Below, one piece after another: positions 61,032-64,000 of a stretch of 64,000 nucleotides of DNA. The position numbers and the translations under genes are program-made. A model generated the notes under the pieces. It did not search any database and was not told the origin of the DNA. It worked only from the letters and a program-made list of their open reading frames with translations. How positions within the stretch are numbered: the stretch's first letter is position 1; each line of letters begins with the position of its first letter. The DNA is from Candidatus Omnitrophota bacterium (GTDB taxonomy: Bacteria > Ratteibacteria > UBA8468 > B48-G9 > DTJG01). The DNA lies in assembly GCA_023819255.1 (NCBI GenBank), contig JAMWBU010000005.1, positions 1,657 to 65,656 on the forward strand, in the 5' to 3' direction.

Positions 61032-62693
61032 TCAATCTTCACCGGCAACAGGAAGAATGATATGACTTGGCCAGCTGGAATCATGGAAGATTGACTGATG
61101 CGCAATCTGAAATTTTGTATCTGTTGCAGGGTCTCTACCTGTATTAAGGTTTCTGTCCCACAAAGGAAAATTGCTGCTTGTTATGTAAACACAAATTTTA
61201 TGGCCCTTTTTGAACAGGTTGGATACAGGCATCATCTCAATATGAAACTCATAAATTTTTCCTGGTTTGATAAAAACCGGCTCACCCTGGATGTCATTCC
61301 TAAATCTTGCCCTTATTATGCCCTCCGATATGTTTATTGATCTTCCATCAGGATAAACATCTGCAAGTTTTATAACAAAGTCAGTGTCTATCGCTGAAGA
61401 AGATGCAAAAAGTATAAATGAAATTGGACCTGTAATTTCAATATCATTTTTCAAAACACTGGATTTGTATACAAGCACATCTTTTCTTTTCTCAAGTATT
61501 CTCTGATCATATGGACCGGGCTTTGCAATTTCATAAAGCCCGGGGTTGTAGGGACCTATGGAATGGTTTCCTCCAATTGTAGGCAGCGGGTTTTCAGGGT
61601 CATAATCGTAATAATCAGGATTCTCATCCTGAGGATGTTTTCTGTTAAGAAACCCGCCTTTATGGATATACCACTTCTGGTATTTAATCCTGGCAGGTGG
61701 CCACTGGTATTCATCCTGCCATATATTTTTACCCATCATAAAAATTCTTATTGGCGCTTTTTGAAATTCACAGGGTTTTTTTTCGTGTAAAAGAAAGTCG
61801 AGCCACCTGACGGTCGCATCGTTTTCTTCTAACGATTCAGGCCCGAAATCCACCTCGCCAAGAACTGTTGATGGATTTATGCCATGAGTCCATGGACCGA
61901 TAATTATTCTGTGGCTTTCAGCAATTTCTTTTGTTTTGCCGTGTTTCTTAATCTGTTGAAAAATATCAAGCATTTGAGAAGGGTAATAATCATACCAGCC
62001 GCCAATCAATAAAACTGGCATCTGAAACTTTTCATAGTGAGATAAAAGGTTGAACCTTTTCCAGAAATGCCCGTACACATTATTTGAGACAAAATCCCTG
62101 TACGATTTTACAATTCCTGATCCACTCTTTGCGTCAAGCTCTATGATTGGCAGGGATTTGACCAGCTCTGCAACATCAAATATAGGCATTGTTTGAGCTT
62201 CTGAAGTTCTGCTATTTGTTTCAAAGCAGAGCCAGCTCCAGGTTAGACCAAGTGAAAAAGCGCCGTTACAGAAGTATCCCTGCTTCCAGCAATCGCCTGT
62301 CATAAACTGAGGAACGATCGTAGTTAAGTGTTTACTACCTGATATTGCCGCAAAAAATTGGGTTGCTGCAAGATATGAAGCACCATACATTCCAATTTTC
62401 CCGTTACACCAGGGCTGTTTTGTAATCCATTGCAGTGTGTCATACCCGTCTTTTTCCTCATTGATAAAAGGATAAAAAGAACCGTCAGAAGCATATCTTC
62501 CCCTGCAGTCCTGCGAAACAAAAGCAATGCCTCTGTTAAGAAAATCGACAGGATTGACGAAATTGCGATTATAGGCAGTCCTTACAAGAACAACCGGCCA
62601 AGAACCTTTTTCATCAGGAAGAAAGACATTTGTCGCAAGATCAATTCCGTCTCGCATCTTTACTCTGATGTTCCTTTCTACTTTTATTCCCAT
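61032..62693 (-). CDS. CocE/NonD family serine hydrolase (S15)
   Basis: MRDG, GASY nucleophile elbow, GWYD, GPWTH. Confidence 0.9.
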   Translation of the reverse strand: MGIKVERNIRVKMRDGIDLATNVFLPDEKGSWPVVLVRTAYNRNFVNPVDFLNRGIAFVSQDCRGRYASDGSFYPFINEEKDGYDTLQWITKQPWCNGKIGMYGASYLAATQFFAAISGSKHLTTIVPQFMTGDCWKQGYFCNGAFSLGLTWSWLCFETNSRTSEAQTMPIFDVAELVKSLPIIELDAKSGSGIVKSYRDFVSNNVYGHFWKRFNLLSHYEKFQMPVLLIGGWYDYYPSQMLDIFQQIKKHGKTKEIAESHRIIIGPWTHGINPSTVLGEVDFGPESLEENDATVRWLDFLLHEKKPCEFQKAPIRIFMMGKNIWQDEYQWPPARIKYQKWYIHKGGFLNRKHPQDENPDYYDYDPENPLPTIGGNHSIGPYNPGLYEIAKPGPYDQRILEKRKDVLVYKSSVLKNDIEITGPISFILFASSSAIDTDFVIKLADVYPDGRSINISEGIIRARFRNDIQGEPVFIKPGKIYEFHIEMMPVSNLFKKGHKICVYITSSNFPLWDRNLNTGRDPATDTKFQIAHQSIFHDSSWPSHIILPVAGED

Positions 62694-62728
62694 ATAGAAA
62701 CACCGTTTATTTGATATATAATATCACA

Positions 62729-63610
62729 ATGCCATCGGTGAAAAAATACATTCAAAAAATTTTTGATGGGACAGGGTTTCCAGTAAAAATCGCTCATGCG
62801 CGCGGATATGGTGAAACTTTTCCTTCGCACAGATTACACTATCATACCGCAGATCTTGAAATGCAGTTCATTAAAAAAGGGGAAGGATTTTATTTTATTA
62901 AGAATAGAAGATATGCTGTTAAACCATCATCTGCCCTTGTTATCCATAGCAATGAAGTCCATCATTTTTTTTCAGGCGGTGCAAAAAACTTTATTGACAA
63001 AACTTCTGTTATGCTGTACCCGGGTATCTTCAAAAAAACATTTATTGAAAAACACATTTCGTCCTTGATCTATTGCAACAAAAACTTTCCACATCAGATT
63101 TTTTTCAGCGATAAAGAGTTTTCAATTATTGAATTCTTGCTTGATGCCGCAGATAGCGAAATAAAACAGCAAAATAAATTCTGGAAGGAGTCAACAACAA
63201 ACTTCATTGAACAGATTTGCCTTTTGCTTCTGCGCAGGATAGAAGAAGGTCAAGCAATCAACCGGCAAGCAAATACAAACAAAATAGTGCAGTCAGCAAT
63301 TTCTTATATCGAACAAAACTTTGCCCGAGAAATCACCCTTAAGAGTTTAAGTAAGGAACTTAATGTTTCCCGGTTTCATTTAAGCCATCTTTTCACTCAA
63401 TATGCCGGGGTGTCATTTAAAACATATTTGATACGGAGAAGGGTTGAAGAAGCCAAAAAGCTTTTGAAAGAAACCGATTTGAAAGTTTCAGGGATATCTG
63501 GAAGATCTGGTTTTTCTGACATAAGCTCTTTTGTAAAATCGTTCAAAAGAATCACAGGCGCAAGCCCTGCCTCATACCGCAAAATTTTCCAGCAGCTCAG
63601 CAAAAAATAA
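62729..63610 (+). CDS. AraC-family regulator with cupin sensor domain
   Basis: LHYH..LE cupin; HLSHLF, GFSDISSFVKSFKRITGASP. Confidence 0.92.
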   Translation: MPSVKKYIQKIFDGTGFPVKIAHARGYGETFPSHRLHYHTADLEMQFIKKGEGFYFIKNRRYAVKPSSALVIHSNEVHHFFSGGAKNFIDKTSVMLYPGIFKKTFIEKHISSLIYCNKNFPHQIFFSDKEFSIIEFLLDAADSEIKQQNKFWKESTTNFIEQICLLLLRRIEEGQAINRQANTNKIVQSAISYIEQNFAREITLKSLSKELNVSRFHLSHLFTQYAGVSFKTYLIRRRVEEAKKLLKETDLKVSGISGRSGFSDISSFVKSFKRITGASPASYRKIFQQLSKK

Positions 63611-63663
63611 CTTGAACAACTCCTGCATCTGGAATAAGATAATTGAAATCACAAGGAGTGTTT

Positions 63664-64000
63664 ATGAGCAAACTGGCGCTTTTCGGCGGAGAACCAGCAG
63701 TCAAAAATAAGTCTGACGACATTTTCAAAAGGAACATTACAAAAGAAATGGAAGACGCTGTACTTAAGGTTTTGCATGAATGGAAAATGTCTTCTATTGA
63801 TATTACGAAGGAATTTGAAACGGCTTTCGCTGACTGGCACAACATGAAGTACGGATTGGGGTGCAACACAGGCACCAGCGCGCTTCATTGCGCAATGTTC
63901 GCAGCAGGTATCGGCGAAGGGGACGAAATAATATGTCAGAGCACCACATACTGGGCAAGCTGTCTGCCTGCTTTCTCGCTTGGCGCAACTGTGGTTTTTG
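63664..64000 (+). CDS. DegT/DnrJ/EryC1 PLP aminotransferase, truncated by the window end
   Basis: Hand translation MSKLALFGGEP...FETAFA...NTGTSALHCAMFAAGIGEGDEII; AGGAG SD. Confidence 0.88.
   Translation, partial: MSKLALFGGEPAVKNKSDDIFKRNITKEMEDAVLKVLHEWKMSSIDITKEFETAFADWHNMKYGLGCNTGTSALHCAMFAAGIGEGDEIICQSTTYWASCLPAFSLGATVVF

Noticed and set aside
1..64000. CRISPR array, DGR, retron or prophage
   Set aside because: No spaced direct repeats, cas, reverse transcriptase or phage structural genes were seen.

Overview
AT-rich bacterial chromosome segment from an anaerobe with many secreted glycan-active proteins and N-methyl-pilin/DUF1559-type proteins (PVC-superphylum-like; the taxonomy is inference only). 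Housekeeping genes include mfd, pyrC, glnA, purF, carA, a split carB and ileS. Other loci: an Rrf2-led sulfur/Fe-S operon (homocysteine synthase, nifS, nadA, iscU, nfu, larE) facing a LarA-family catabolic operon; a metal ABC operon with a candidate NikR operator; a translin-NYN-PgeF cluster; and a double-cubane-cluster (DCCP)-like redox operon. The standout is a 3.5-kb island (33194-36702) at the 3' end of tRNA-Ser(GGA). It carries a large serine recombinase and a controller/methylase/PvuII-like restriction cassette. Its non-cargo DNA is extensively self-complementary: an internal inverted copy of the whole attP, plus segments of the recombinase ORF, can fold one strand into long helices joined by gap-free four-way junctions with 3-nt-loop hairpins. 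This suggests a mobile element built to work as folded ssDNA (or RNA) that rebuilds a duplex attP from a single strand.
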